Shown here piece by piece: positions 40,401 to 50,470 of a DNA stretch of 64,000 nt. The stretch lies in IMG/VR virus record IMGVR_UViG_3300001282_000006. One strand, 5' to 3'. Both the position numbers and the translations under genes were made by a program. Position 1 is the first letter of the stretch; the number at the start of each line of letters is the position of its first letter. The notes under the pieces are model-generated. The model was not told the origin of the DNA. It saw only the letters and a list, made by a program, of their open reading frames with translations, and made no database searches. Origin of the DNA: a virus. Lineage: Duplodnaviria > Heunggongvirae > Uroviricota > Caudoviricetes.

Positions 40401-41544
40401 ATAAAGATTGCTTACCTGATAAATCAATATCTGAAATAATTCTATACTTATTAACTAATTTTGTAATATATTGTTGAGTTACTACATTTCCTGTTTGAAC
40501 TGACTGTAAAGTATTTGGTTGTGATTCAACATATTTTTCAACTTTATAGTATTCATCATTGTATTCTACATAATAAACTTTATGATCCATAAATCCTTCA
40601 ACAAATGGATCACCACTTGGTGAATATAATAAATTACCTGTTTGTATAACAGCATCTGATTTAATAAATGGTGTTATATAAGGTGATATAGTTTTTACTT
40701 TTACCATATCATCTAAATAAAATCCAAAATATCTATTAATAGACCATTTTCTTATTGAATCAGCATTTGCTGGTGTATCATCAAATAAAAATGACATATT
40801 AAGAATATTAGGAAATACTACTTTATTATTTTTATAACCATCAAAAACAAATTTTTCAAACTCAAATATTTCTTTTTCTTCTTCATAAACTGATTCTAAA
40901 AATTGAGACTTACTTGTATAGCCACCACTTTCAAAATCGATTCCATTCCATTTTGTAAATTCCAAGTTTTGAAAACTCATTTCAAATGGTGTTAATGGAA
41001 AGAATGAATTATTATTAAAGTTAATATCCAACCACTCACCTAATGGTGTAGTTTTAGTTAGGTCAAATAATTTTACTACTTTAAATTTACTAAGAATATT
41101 AGATTTAAAGTTTTCTTTATTAACAGATTCTATACCTGGACCATCTACTCTAAAAATAATAAACTTTTTAGGTAAATTATTAGATGAAATATAAAGAGGA
41201 GCAAAGTATTCAAACTCTTCAGTGTAATCTTTATTGTTTATTATATTTCTAGCACCATATTGATATAACTCATCATATTGAACAGAGTAATCTTTACTCA
41301 TTGTATCAACATCATTTTCATATTTAATATAAAATGCTGTGTCAAGTGGTAAACCATCATAAAAATAACTAACTAACTCATCATAATAGTTCTTTTTTAT
41401 AAAAGAAACTTTTTTGAATTTGCTATTAGCTAATTCTTCTTTTGATTCAATACTACTAAGTGATAGATTATAGTTACTATCCACCATTATTTTGATGTTA
41501 GTTGTTAATCCGACATTAGTTCTTAATATAGCAAAGCTCTTCAC
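37444..41544 (-). CDS. Large virion structural protein (1366 aa).
   Basis: Long ORF rich in N/S/T/Y. Confidence 0.8.
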   Translation of the reverse strand: MKSFAILRTNVGLTTNIKIMVDSNYNLSLSSIESKEELANSKFKKVSFIKKNYYDELVSYFYDGLPLDTAFYIKYENDVDTMSKDYSVQYDELYQYGARNIINNKDYTEEFEYFAPLYISSNNLPKKFIIFRVDGPGIESVNKENFKSNILSKFKVVKLFDLTKTTPLGEWLDINFNNNSFFPLTPFEMSFQNLEFTKWNGIDFESGGYTSKSQFLESVYEEEKEIFEFEKFVFDGYKNNKVVFPNILNMSFLFDDTPANADSIRKWSINRYFGFYLDDMVKVKTISPYITPFIKSDAVIQTGNLLYSPSGDPFVEGFMDHKVYYVEYNDEYYKVEKYVESQPNTLQSVQTGNVVTQQYITKLVNKYRIISDIDLSGKQSLLNKNTGLIGDDTTYPNRLLNYDNTNYSISDWDSADIWLIEIDGMFHNLVRETGPEAVNGLKTKTTRIRINSDYSFSIGENDYTYLINKSDPTYTKKVSFVVDKDNPPKKFTIYKLKFTDIKDFDDKIIDTEYSKYEYENKFTLTDTDETKMYFINLSSTTIPKSYDDFNYNEEVINIPVSSEYTANYETFKVDRNDLSEIWRKNAVYTRWAFQNSLSANDVPYLLNNSLLFEDYNRSTNPFDPNPKRIERNLDYFYTINSSTASYIHHTLHVEKQSSLGIDSSFRFELNKYLNLGTYSTSTSSTIYNFDYFSYFFERVAKFDNYKISKNVKKYSLFNTGNKSIPNITLFKGLKFLIYDVEDIKKDETGRIDILNLKTSNTFDDYKFSILLSDNDWAVIDSPTGNNVGTLTQSQNLMNWTIFDDWKMDKTYNLGDIVLKDDILYISTLGDNVTTSPVREYAMAKKAMSAPYNQLGWSLYTVPSAKSIFWRPTGTYPGNGAGNSYNIVYNHTDYYYCYNPTATEDFWDSTKSDTTGYTQSDVVLFKGQYYMSMTSSNHYRPDYVAPYAISKKYNSYRSLLDGVSVFENVGRYYWTATQSSDPKWKTVGVWNPSTPYNTTTYVVHNDIVYSTGYSQTGNEPGISNDWTREYSLVPDTTLVYNSTTNPIIEMNNSYYMINSNSSNLTLQNGINIYINKKWKNILINIDIADNTIPNLSEADRDTLYNDLNTKLTAYNFIQCLNDLSNKYGFTDYVNYIIIEEDGSIKRYNYNSIEGLPYYITCETPDEVVMKHDSLLHKAIELPKQLKPTMVLKSIAPNLANLNYYNGVAVAAEINPNRNTPKPTSNFHGGKSITEEVIYRFSGFYMPLFYDIQLFDKNLFTASTGNYKFDTTLSDFGLVKERKIRKINNKGSVLKLNNIKDQKSIYPMIDEFGYTTVDTFIFKSSWDSNYHYITSNNPIIISNTKAKATMIKNTGLIGIQTSIKNINL

Positions 41545-41558
41545 TCTTAAAAATTATT

Positions 41559-44500
41559 TTATCTGATAGAAGTGTTAATTGCTTGAGTTGCCTTCTTAAC
41601 AATTACTTTGCTTCTATTTATGTTAAATTTAATACTAAATGTAAATGGTCTATTTTCAGATTCATTTTCTAAGAAGAATTTAATTTTCTTAATATGTTTA
41701 ACTGTTTGTCTAGATGTATTTAGATTTATGTATTTATAGTTTAATCCTGGTTGATTATTATCTAATGAGTTCATTTTAAAGTAGATATTTAATGGAATAA
41801 CTGTTGAATTAACATCTCCTGTATCTATAGTTTTAACTTTTTCTGAATTGGTCTCCACAATTGTTTCTAAATTATTTACAACTGGATGAATAGTTGTTAG
41901 TAATTTAGCTGTTGATGAAACTGAAACATTAGTGTCTAACCATTTAGATGGATCTAATAATGACTTATTATTACCAACAAATGAGAGTATAGATGTTTCA
42001 TTATACCCTATATTATACTCATTTGATGATAAAACATTAGTAATAGAGTTTGATGCGTTTGTAGTAAATATATTACCAATATTTTCAGTTAATTTAGTAA
42101 CTGATGTTTCTAATACTGAATCATAATTAACTGTCCAGATATATTGATTGTCTAATTGTGTTCTTGTTTGACCTGATGAATCTGATGTAATCAATTCATC
42201 TTGATCATTAACCCAGAATGTTTGAGGAGCTCCGGTATTATAGAAATTAGGATTTTGTAAATAAGTTCTTCCAGAAAGTAAACCTAATGGTGAACTTGTT
42301 GATTTATTTCTAATTTTAACAACAAAGTCTTTAACAACATAAACGTTATTAGCATAAACTCTACCAGATGGAATACCTGCTCCTGTATAAGAGTCAAGAT
42401 AATCTTCACATTCAATATTAAATGTAGTTTCACTTCCATTAGCAACGACAAACTCTTGGTTGTTTCTAAGAATAACAACTTCAAGTTCACCTTTAACTCT
42501 TTTAATTTTCTCTTCTAAACTTAAAATTCTTTCTTGTAAAGATTTTAAGTAGGTATATAAGTCCAAAGCAACACCATTCTCATCTTTGAATCCTGATAAA
42601 ATTTTATTACTATCGTGATGGAATGTAAGATTATTAACAACTATAGTATCTGATAAGTGATCATCTAAACCTTTAGACGATAACTCTTGATTCATTTTGA
42701 TTTTTAAATCTTCTGAAGTTGCCGATTTTAATATAAAATCACTTTCATTCAATACATTATTTAAATCATCTGGAAACTCAACAGTTAAAATTTCAGACCA
42801 ATCTGATTCTGTTGGAGATTCGGGCCAACCTACTTCTGAAATAGATTTAATTCTCATTTCAATTTTTTCATTAGCTTGAATATCTACATCAATTTGATTA
42901 ATATTTGGCGTGTCCGCACTTTCAACATCTTCAATTTCCCAAGTGTATTCACTAGTTCCTGGATTATATGTTCTTTTTCGAGCATCAGTCTTAAACTCTT
43001 TCCAGTTTGAGAAAGCCGCTTTAGATTGAGTATTATCAACATTAAATGTTTCAATAGGAGATTCAGTACCATCTTTAGAAACATATCTATATTGAACTCT
43101 AAATTGAACAATTTCTTGTGGTCTTGTACCTCTTGTTACAACAGCTGATGGTACTGTCCAGAATCCTCTAACTCTAAATTTAGGTTGAACTTTAGTTTTA
43201 GGATTATTTGATAATTGAATAATTTCTTGAGTTGTTGTAGAAAGTAATTTAGATTTACTATCTTTTTTTCTAGTCAAATCTTCTATCTCAAGCATAACTT
43301 GTTTTTTATCAGATTCTGATTTAAACTTAACAAATTTAGATTTAGCGTTTTTATCAACTATAGCATCTTGAATTTGTTGAACTTCAGATTTTAATGTTAA
43401 ATGATAATTATGTTTTTGCTTAATTAAATTAGAATCTGGTGTATCTGTTAAGTGTTTATTAATTTGAACAACTTTGAAGTTACCAGCATTTAATGTAGGA
43501 GCCAATGGTGTACCAGCTAAAGCATTAGGTGTCTTTTTAGCAACTAAGTCTTTCAATACAGTTCCATAATCATATACATAATCTGTATAGAATTGTTCCA
43601 TAGTAAGACCATTCTCAGGCGCGTTTGAATCCAAAGTTAAATCATTTGTCCAGTATCCTGTACCTAAACTCCAATTTCTTGCCAATAAGTGATTATCAGC
43701 ATTTAGAGGTTTAATAAAAATAACATTTCTTTCATTATAACCAACACTTATTTTAACTATTTTACTATAAACAACTGGTGAATATATTTTAATTGTGCTA
43801 ATTCCAACAGCAATTGGTTCAACACCTTCAACTCTTTCAAATCTAACTCTTGGACTTGACTCTGATGTTGAAACTTCGGTTACTTTATATCTTGTTGATG
43901 TTTGTTCTGAATTTATAATAATTTCACTACCAATAGATAATTGAGCTGTTTCATTAGTACTTCTAACTAAATAAGTTAATGTATCTAAAACATACCAAAG
44001 TTTTCTGTTAATTCTATCTTCTTGTATTTTAAGAACTGAAAATTGACCATCATATAATAAATCGTGTGGATCTAAATCAAATACTTGTTCATCAAATTGA
44101 GGATTAGTAGGATAAAGAACACCAGATGTTGTATTGTGCCAGTTTTCAAAATCAGAAATATTAATTGATGCGTTACCTCTAAATAAAGTATTAAAACTAT
44201 TAAGAGCTGATTGACCAAGTGTTGTTAAAGTACCTGTAGCATCTTTTGCGAAATCAACGATATATCTTCTAGATTGAACTTTTCTTACATTATTTTCTAC
44301 TTTACCGGTTAAATCTAATTCAATAGAAATAATAGGACTCATAAGTCCATCAAAAAACCAGTTATTCAAAGCTTTAAATTTAGTAAGTGACCCAAGTGTT
44401 CCGACAGCATTTGGTTCTCTATTTAAATCTACTGTAATTATTTTTTTGTATTTATTTTGATTAGATGTTGAAATCATCGCACCACCAGCATCAATACTAT

Positions 44501-44726
44501 AAAGAGAGTTGATATTATTATTTAATCTATCAATTTCACCTTTTAGTGAAGCAAATGATGGAACGGCATAAGTTCTTAGAACTCCATTTTCATCATAAAT
44601 TTTAATATTTACAGATTGGTCTGTTGTGGTAGCTAAACTATTAATTTGACCTAGTATTTCTATAATATTCTTATTAGAAGAGATAACCTGGTCAGCTACG
44701 GTCGGAAATGAGCTTTGAATTGGCAT
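41559..44726 (-). CDS. Large virion structural protein (1055 aa) with a central coiled coil.
   Basis: Long ORF. LKSLQERILSLEEKIKRVKGELEVV coiled-coil segment. Confidence 0.8.
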   Translation of the reverse strand: MPIQSSFPTVADQVISSNKNIIEILGQINSLATTTDQSVNIKIYDENGVLRTYAVPSFASLKGEIDRLNNNINSLYSIDAGGAMISTSNQNKYKKIITVDLNREPNAVGTLGSLTKFKALNNWFFDGLMSPIISIELDLTGKVENNVRKVQSRRYIVDFAKDATGTLTTLGQSALNSFNTLFRGNASINISDFENWHNTTSGVLYPTNPQFDEQVFDLDPHDLLYDGQFSVLKIQEDRINRKLWYVLDTLTYLVRSTNETAQLSIGSEIIINSEQTSTRYKVTEVSTSESSPRVRFERVEGVEPIAVGISTIKIYSPVVYSKIVKISVGYNERNVIFIKPLNADNHLLARNWSLGTGYWTNDLTLDSNAPENGLTMEQFYTDYVYDYGTVLKDLVAKKTPNALAGTPLAPTLNAGNFKVVQINKHLTDTPDSNLIKQKHNYHLTLKSEVQQIQDAIVDKNAKSKFVKFKSESDKKQVMLEIEDLTRKKDSKSKLLSTTTQEIIQLSNNPKTKVQPKFRVRGFWTVPSAVVTRGTRPQEIVQFRVQYRYVSKDGTESPIETFNVDNTQSKAAFSNWKEFKTDARKRTYNPGTSEYTWEIEDVESADTPNINQIDVDIQANEKIEMRIKSISEVGWPESPTESDWSEILTVEFPDDLNNVLNESDFILKSATSEDLKIKMNQELSSKGLDDHLSDTIVVNNLTFHHDSNKILSGFKDENGVALDLYTYLKSLQERILSLEEKIKRVKGELEVVILRNNQEFVVANGSETTFNIECEDYLDSYTGAGIPSGRVYANNVYVVKDFVVKIRNKSTSSPLGLLSGRTYLQNPNFYNTGAPQTFWVNDQDELITSDSSGQTRTQLDNQYIWTVNYDSVLETSVTKLTENIGNIFTTNASNSITNVLSSNEYNIGYNETSILSFVGNNKSLLDPSKWLDTNVSVSSTAKLLTTIHPVVNNLETIVETNSEKVKTIDTGDVNSTVIPLNIYFKMNSLDNNQPGLNYKYINLNTSRQTVKHIKKIKFFLENESENRPFTFSIKFNINRSKVIVKKATQAINTSIR

Positions 44727-44746
44727 TTTTAATCTATTGATTTTTC

Positions 44747-44758
44747 TTATATATTAAA
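44747..44758 (-). promoter_or_regulatory. TATATATTAAA-type motif upstream of 41559..44726.
   Basis: Plus-strand ttatatattaaa, 21 nt beyond the start. Confidence 0.3.
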
Positions 44759-44807
44759 TTTTACTCATTTCTTTAATATTTGTTTTTAATAAATTATTTC
44801 CTTACAT

Positions 44808-45053
44808 TTGCTTATGATGAAGATTTACACAGTTACATTCAATGATGGTGGTTGGCATAGCGGACCTCTGCCAAATTTCATTGTAGTAGCCGAATCAAAA
44901 GATGAAGCTATTGAAAAAGTTTTAGAAAAAAATCCTAGATACAAAAGTGGATATGACAAATGGGCCTCAGAATTCACGATTGAAGGCTACATAATTGAGG
45001 TTTATGATGAAAAAACATATAACCGTGATAAAATTATTGATAAAATTCTTTAA
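44808..45053 (+). CDS. Hypothetical protein.
   Basis: 81-aa ORF. Confidence 0.5.
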   Translation: MLMMKIYTVTFNDGGWHSGPLPNFIVVAESKDEAIEKVLEKNPRYKSGYDKWASEFTIEGYIIEVYDEKTYNRDKIIDKIL

Positions 45054-45081
45054 TTAATAAAAAATTAACTATCTTTGTAAA

Positions 45082-46911
45082 ATGATTGAACAACTAAAAG
45101 AACAAATTATTAAGGCAAATGATGCCTATAGATTGGGACAACCAATTATATCTGATGCTAAGTATGACCAACTAGTTGAAGAATTATCTTTATTATCTCC
45201 AGATGATGAATTACTTACTAAAGTAGGTATTGAAATCGCTGATGAAACTCGTAAATCACGCCTTCCAATTGAAATGGCTTCGATGAATAAAATCAAGTCG
45301 ATGAATGATGTTGATGATTGGTCTCGTCTGAAAGGCATTTCAAAATCTGAATATGTTATTATCACACCAAAGTTTGATGGCTTATCATTATGTGTTAATG
45401 AGGCTACATCTGAAGCTTGGACTCGTGGTGATGGTGAATTCGGTCAAAAATCGAGCGAACATTACGCTTTAATTCAAAATCACTTAAACTTAGAAGAAGA
45501 TCCATTTAGTTTTACTTATGGTGAAGTAATGATACCTAAACAAGTATTCATTGAAAAATTCTCTGCTGATTTCGCCAACCCTCGTAACTTAGTTGCTGGT
45601 TTGTTAAACTCTAAAACTGTAAGTGATTCTCTAAAAGACTGTCAGTATATTAAATATGGTGCTGTTTGTAAAAGAAACTTCACAACTAAACAAGAAGTTA
45701 TTAACGAACTTAATAAAGGACAAGCATCAAAAGTACAATACTATATTTGTCAACTATCTGATTTATCAGAAGACCTGCTTATTGATTTATTTCATAAGTT
45801 CTCTACTGAATATGAAATCGATGGTTTGATTATCGAATTAAATGACTTAAAACTACAAGATAGATTAGGTCGTGAAACTTCTTCAAACAATCCAGTTTGG
45901 GCTCGTGCCTTCAAACATCCAAGTTTTGAGCAATCTGCTGAAACTGATGTTATTGGAATCTCTTGGAATATCTCTAAACAAGGTTTATTAAAACCAATCC
46001 TACACATTACTCCTGTTAAATTAGATGGTGTTACAGTGTCTAACGTGACTGGTAACAACGCCAGATTCGTAAAAGACTTAGGACTTGGTGTAGGTGCTAA
46101 AGTAGTCGTAAAACGCTCTGGAATGGTTATTCCAATCATTGCTGATGTTATCACTCCAGTTGAATTTGTTCAACCTACAATCGAAGGTGTTGAAGTAGAT
46201 TGGAATGAAGCAGGTATCGAGTTAATTACTTTGACCGAAACTGACGACCAAAAGTTAAAAAAGATTGTTGCTTTCTTTGAAATCTTAGAAGCAGACAATG
46301 TGTCAGAAGGAGTTATCACTCAATTATGGGATGCTGGTTATAAAACAATCAAAGATGTTCTTACTCTTACAACTTCTGACTTAGAGAAGATTGACCGTTT
46401 TGGTAAGAGAAAAGCTGACATCGTTTATAAGTCTATTCAAAAATCTGTTAGTAATGTTCAGTTGTCTAAACTACAACATGCTACAGGTATCTTCAAAGGA
46501 TTAGGTTCTAAGAAATTAGTTCTTTTAGAAGATTTCAAAACTAAACCAACTGTTGACCAAGTAATGTCAATTGAAGGATTTGCTGAAGTATCAGCTAAAT
46601 CATATATCGACTCATATGACATTTTCTTTGACTTTATTAAAGATCTACCTGTCACTATTACTGAAAAAGTTGAGGCTGTTAAAGTTGGCACAGACCTTGA
46701 GGGTAAATCATTTGTCTTTACCGGAGTTCGTAGACCAGATTTAGAATCTGATATTGAATCCCGTGGTGGAAAGATTGGTTCTGGTGTATCAAAAACAACA
46801 ACTCACCTTGTTATGAAAGCTATCGGTAGTGGCTCTTCTAAAGAAAAGAAGGCTATTGACTTGGGTGTTGAAGTGATTACCGTTGAACAATTAGAAAAAT
46901 TATTAAACTAA
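45082..46911 (+). CDS. ligA: NAD-dependent DNA ligase LigA.
   Basis: KFDGLS adenylation (KxDG) motif and a C-terminal BRCT domain (GKSFVFTGVRRPDLESDIESRGGKIGSGVSKTTTHLV). Confidence 0.9.
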   Translation: MIEQLKEQIIKANDAYRLGQPIISDAKYDQLVEELSLLSPDDELLTKVGIEIADETRKSRLPIEMASMNKIKSMNDVDDWSRLKGISKSEYVIITPKFDGLSLCVNEATSEAWTRGDGEFGQKSSEHYALIQNHLNLEEDPFSFTYGEVMIPKQVFIEKFSADFANPRNLVAGLLNSKTVSDSLKDCQYIKYGAVCKRNFTTKQEVINELNKGQASKVQYYICQLSDLSEDLLIDLFHKFSTEYEIDGLIIELNDLKLQDRLGRETSSNNPVWARAFKHPSFEQSAETDVIGISWNISKQGLLKPILHITPVKLDGVTVSNVTGNNARFVKDLGLGVGAKVVVKRSGMVIPIIADVITPVEFVQPTIEGVEVDWNEAGIELITLTETDDQKLKKIVAFFEILEADNVSEGVITQLWDAGYKTIKDVLTLTTSDLEKIDRFGKRKADIVYKSIQKSVSNVQLSKLQHATGIFKGLGSKKLVLLEDFKTKPTVDQVMSIEGFAEVSAKSYIDSYDIFFDFIKDLPVTITEKVEAVKVGTDLEGKSFVFTGVRRPDLESDIESRGGKIGSGVSKTTTHLVMKAIGSGSSKEKKAIDLGVEVITVEQLEKLLN

Positions 46912-46915
46912 AAAT

Positions 46916-47245
46916 ATGAAAAAATCCGATCCAATTTTATTTCTTATTGCCTTAACGGTAGGTGTATTTGCTATCTTTGCTTCTTGTGACGGTAAATCCA
47001 AACCCGACCCAGATATCCACTACATTAATATAGATTGTATAATAGTTGAAAAGATATCATCTGTTGGATCTGGTAGACTTACATCAAAAGCATTTTTAAT
47101 CAGAGGTACAAAAGACACAACATTGTATAGTGAGTATGTTGATTTATATCGATATGATATGTCAGACTCTTTATATTACAGTAGTAAAGTTGGTGACACA
47201 TTACACTTTGATTATATTAGAAAAAATAGATTTTTCAAAAAATAA
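46916..47245 (+). CDS. Putative lipoprotein.
   Basis: Signal peptide with a lipobox, LFLIALTVGVFAIFASC. Confidence 0.55.
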   Translation: MKKSDPILFLIALTVGVFAIFASCDGKSKPDPDIHYINIDCIIVEKISSVGSGRLTSKAFLIRGTKDTTLYSEYVDLYRYDMSDSLYYSSKVGDTLHFDYIRKNRFFKK

Positions 47246-47249
47246 CATT

Positions 47250-47633
47250 ATGATTTTAATAGGCATACTTATAGGATTTATTTTAGGTCTTCCAATTGGT
47301 TTTATTAAGTGGAAGAAAAAAACAGTACCACTTGTTGAAAAGTATTCAAGGCGCGGGTTACTTCATAAGAATTTTTCTGTTACTGGTGAACTTACAACTA
47401 GAACAAAAAGTGTTGATGTTCAATATGAGATTGGTGAATTAGAATCAACCGATAAATTATCAAAGATTGAAGTCATTGTACTTAAAGCAGACCAGTCTGA
47501 ATATAATAGTGAATATAATAAAAAGAGATTATTAGAAATGGTTGATAAGACTTGGATTAGTTCTGATGATATTACTTGGATTACAACTGCTGCTGATAAG
47601 AGAAATAAAAAAATTGACGAGATATTGAATTAA
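47250..47633 (+). CDS. Small membrane protein.
   Basis: ATG at 47250, MILIGILIGFILGLPIGFI. Confidence 0.5.
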   Translation: MILIGILIGFILGLPIGFIKWKKKTVPLVEKYSRRGLLHKNFSVTGELTTRTKSVDVQYEIGELESTDKLSKIEVIVLKADQSEYNSEYNKKRLLEMVDKTWISSDDITWITTAADKRNKKIDEILN

Positions 47634-47634
47634 T

Positions 47635-47943
47635 ATGAACTTTGATAAACTAAAATTTCCACACATAAAGTATATCTCTGAAATACAATCAAAAAGTAAA
47701 GAAGAAAGAACACTTTATTATTTAGGCGGTGAGCCTGAAGAAAATGACAGTAGACTAACTATTTATAAAGAATATGAGTTAAGAACTGCTTCTTATTCGC
47801 CATCAAGTGATGTTTATAGAGTAAGTGTTTGGATATGCTCTGATGATGAAGATAAAGGTAAAGTTTGTCAAATAAATCCAAATAATTTTGGTACCTTTGC
47901 TGACTTGCGTGATAAAAAAATTAATCAAATAATAAACCTGTAA
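47635..47943 (+). CDS. Hypothetical protein.
   Basis: 102-aa ORF. Confidence 0.5.
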   Translation: MNFDKLKFPHIKYISEIQSKSKEERTLYYLGGEPEENDSRLTIYKEYELRTASYSPSSDVYRVSVWICSDDEDKGKVCQINPNNFGTFADLRDKKINQIINL

Positions 47944-47952
47944 ATAAAACAT

Positions 47953-48729
47953 ATGAATGATCTAAAAAATGAACAACAATCTACTGAAGAAATTATTGAA
48001 ACAGACACAACTTTTGCTGATATATATGATATAAATTATTCGGGTGAGCAATCACCATTAACGGCAAAAGAAGGCAATATTGAGGATGAATTAATGACTC
48101 CTCAACAAAAAAAGAAACGGCAAAATATGGAACCTAAAAAGGCAATTCTATTCAGTGAACAAGAAAAAGTATTTAGAGAAAGAACGGGTAAAGATTTCTC
48201 ATCATTGTACACAAAGTATTACCCAAAACTAGTATATTTTACAGCTAAAATTACTAATGACCCTCAAAAAGCAGAAGATATCTCAACAGATTCATTCATG
48301 GCGGCTTTTGAGAAGATTGAGAAGTATGAAAAAGAAAAATCTCAATTCTCTACCTGGCTATTTACAATAGCAAAAAATCTAGCATTACAAGACCTTAAAA
48401 ACGAAAAGAAAACAATGTCGTTAGATATTGAGTTCGATGATGAAGGAACAACAATGAAAGACTTCATTCAAGAAGACGAAGGTGACAATTTCATGCATGA
48501 GATTCATGCTAAGAAAGCTGACATTATGAAGAAGCACATTGAGAACTTGAAGAATCCTTATCGTGATGTAATCGAAATGCGTGAGTTAAAAAGAATGTCT
48601 TATAAAGATATCTCCGATAAACTTAACCTAAACCTATCAACAGTTAAATCACAAATTCGTAACGGAAGAGCTATCTTAGTTCGTGAGACTAAGAAAGAGT
48701 TTGACGCTATCGATGAAATGTTAATGTAA
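47953..48729 (+). CDS. Sigma-70-family RNA polymerase sigma factor (regions 2 and 4).
   Basis: Region-2-like FMAAFEKIEKYEKEKSQFSTWLFTIAKNLALQ. Region-4 HTH YRDVIEMRELKRMSYKDISDKLNLNLSTVKSQIRNGR. Confidence 0.75.
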   Translation: MNDLKNEQQSTEEIIETDTTFADIYDINYSGEQSPLTAKEGNIEDELMTPQQKKKRQNMEPKKAILFSEQEKVFRERTGKDFSSLYTKYYPKLVYFTAKITNDPQKAEDISTDSFMAAFEKIEKYEKEKSQFSTWLFTIAKNLALQDLKNEKKTMSLDIEFDDEGTTMKDFIQEDEGDNFMHEIHAKKADIMKKHIENLKNPYRDVIEMRELKRMSYKDISDKLNLNLSTVKSQIRNGRAILVRETKKEFDAIDEMLM

Positions 48730-48735
48730 TTATTT

Positions 48736-50046
48736 ATGAATATAGAATCTCTAGGAAGACAGGCTATAGATAGAATCAAGTCTGAATGGGGCTTGCCCCT
48801 ACATGGATTTGTAGCTGGAGGTGCCATCGCAAACATTGTTTGGGAATTGGTATCAGGTAACAAAGCCGTGGTCAATGATATTGACATCTTTGTTTTTGAT
48901 GGTATTGAAAAGGAATTAGACAATGATAAAAAGTCCCTTTTTAATTATCAAGAAAAAGAAACAAAGTATTATGAAGACTACAATGGTATGAATTTTAATA
49001 ATTATACCAAGGATTTCTATTCTATAGTCGAGTCTGAGAGAGACGATATGTTTAATACGATTAAGTATAAATCAAACACATCAGACCCTTCTTTAATTAT
49101 TAAGTCATTTGATATCAATGCCACTCGAATTGGCTACGATATTGATAATGATAAATTATACTGGACTTCAGAATTTGAAGACTTCTTAAAAACTGGTGAG
49201 TTAAAGATTTCAAATATAATGACACCTTCACATACAGCTGTTAGAATTGCCAAAAAGAGTAAAGAGTTAAATGCTAAGTTGTATGATTTTGAATTTAAGT
49301 TACTTCAATATGCTCTTTCTTATAGATTCATTGATAGAATAAAACTAAGATTTAGAGAAAGGTATTTAGAAATGTGTAAAGATAATAAAGACTTATTATC
49401 ACCATATTTTCAAATGTCAAGAGATTTAGAAGCAGAAGAATATGTATTCACAAAAGTTGGTGAAAAAGTAGAACTTTATTACTTGGTTGCTAGAGATATT
49501 AAAAAAGAAGTAACAGAAGTTCCATTGACTGATAATTTTGAAAAAATAGTTTATAGCAATCTTCCTCAAATATTTGAAGATGATAACATTAATAAGATAT
49601 TTAAATCAACTGACTTCTTATTCTATATGAGAAATATCTATGGCAAGGATCAAAACTTGAAAGATATGTGGTCTAAATTATATTACTTCTTTAATGATGT
49701 TCATTATATTGATAGAGAAGTGAGCCAAGAAGACTTAGACTTATTACAAAGATTTGGTAAATATGCTCCTGGTTCTATTGAGAACTTAAAAGGATTAAAG
49801 ATGTCTGAGCAAATTGAAGTTATTAAAAAGTTCTTAGATAAGTTCAAAGAAGATCCTATTATAGCAATTTCTATTTTAGAAAGTGTTAAGGTAGATAAAG
49901 ATATTATTTTGGATGAACAAACAATGTTATTATTAGAACTTTCTGTTAGAAAAAAGATTGTTAATGATACAAGAGGAAAGGTTAATAAAATACTAAATAT
50001 AGAAGAAGTTATTGACAAGAATAATAATGACATCTGGATGTTTTAA
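48736..50046 (+). CDS. Nucleotidyltransferase-fold protein, possibly a tRNA CCA-adding enzyme.
   Basis: N-terminal GFVAGGAIANIVWELVSGNKAVVNDIDIFVF resembles the CCA-enzyme GGxVRD..LG....DxDxxT motif. Confidence 0.35.
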   Translation: MNIESLGRQAIDRIKSEWGLPLHGFVAGGAIANIVWELVSGNKAVVNDIDIFVFDGIEKELDNDKKSLFNYQEKETKYYEDYNGMNFNNYTKDFYSIVESERDDMFNTIKYKSNTSDPSLIIKSFDINATRIGYDIDNDKLYWTSEFEDFLKTGELKISNIMTPSHTAVRIAKKSKELNAKLYDFEFKLLQYALSYRFIDRIKLRFRERYLEMCKDNKDLLSPYFQMSRDLEAEEYVFTKVGEKVELYYLVARDIKKEVTEVPLTDNFEKIVYSNLPQIFEDDNINKIFKSTDFLFYMRNIYGKDQNLKDMWSKLYYFFNDVHYIDREVSQEDLDLLQRFGKYAPGSIENLKGLKMSEQIEVIKKFLDKFKEDPIIAISILESVKVDKDIILDEQTMLLLELSVRKKIVNDTRGKVNKILNIEEVIDKNNNDIWMF

Positions 50047-50090
50047 ACTTTCTCAATATATTCAATATAAAATAAAAATAAATTATTACG

Positions 50091-50459
50091 ATGATAGCAT
50101 ATATAACAGAATTAAACGGTGAGAACTATGATGATTTCGTTAAAGAAGGTATAGTACTTGTTGATATTTGGGCACCTTGGTGTGGTCCTTGTAAAATGAT
50201 TTCTCCAATTATAGACCAAATTTCTTCAGACTACTTTGAAAAAATCACAGTTGGTAAATGTGATGCTGACGCAAATAGAGATAAAGTTATGGAACTTGGT
50301 GTTAGAAATATTCCAACAATCTTCTTTTATAAAGATGGTCAAATTGTTGAATCTACACACGGGGCGGTAACTAAGAAAAAATTAACTGAAATTATTGATG
50401 GTTTATTAGCACCTGCCGAATCAGTTGATTCTATTGACAACACTGACACTGACTTTTAA
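50091..50459 (+). CDS. trxA: Thioredoxin.
   Basis: WAPWCGPCKMISP active site. Confidence 0.9.
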   Translation: MIAYITELNGENYDDFVKEGIVLVDIWAPWCGPCKMISPIIDQISSDYFEKITVGKCDADANRDKVMELGVRNIPTIFFYKDGQIVESTHGAVTKKKLTEIIDGLLAPAESVDSIDNTDTDF

Positions 50460-50470
50460 AATAAAGTCAA

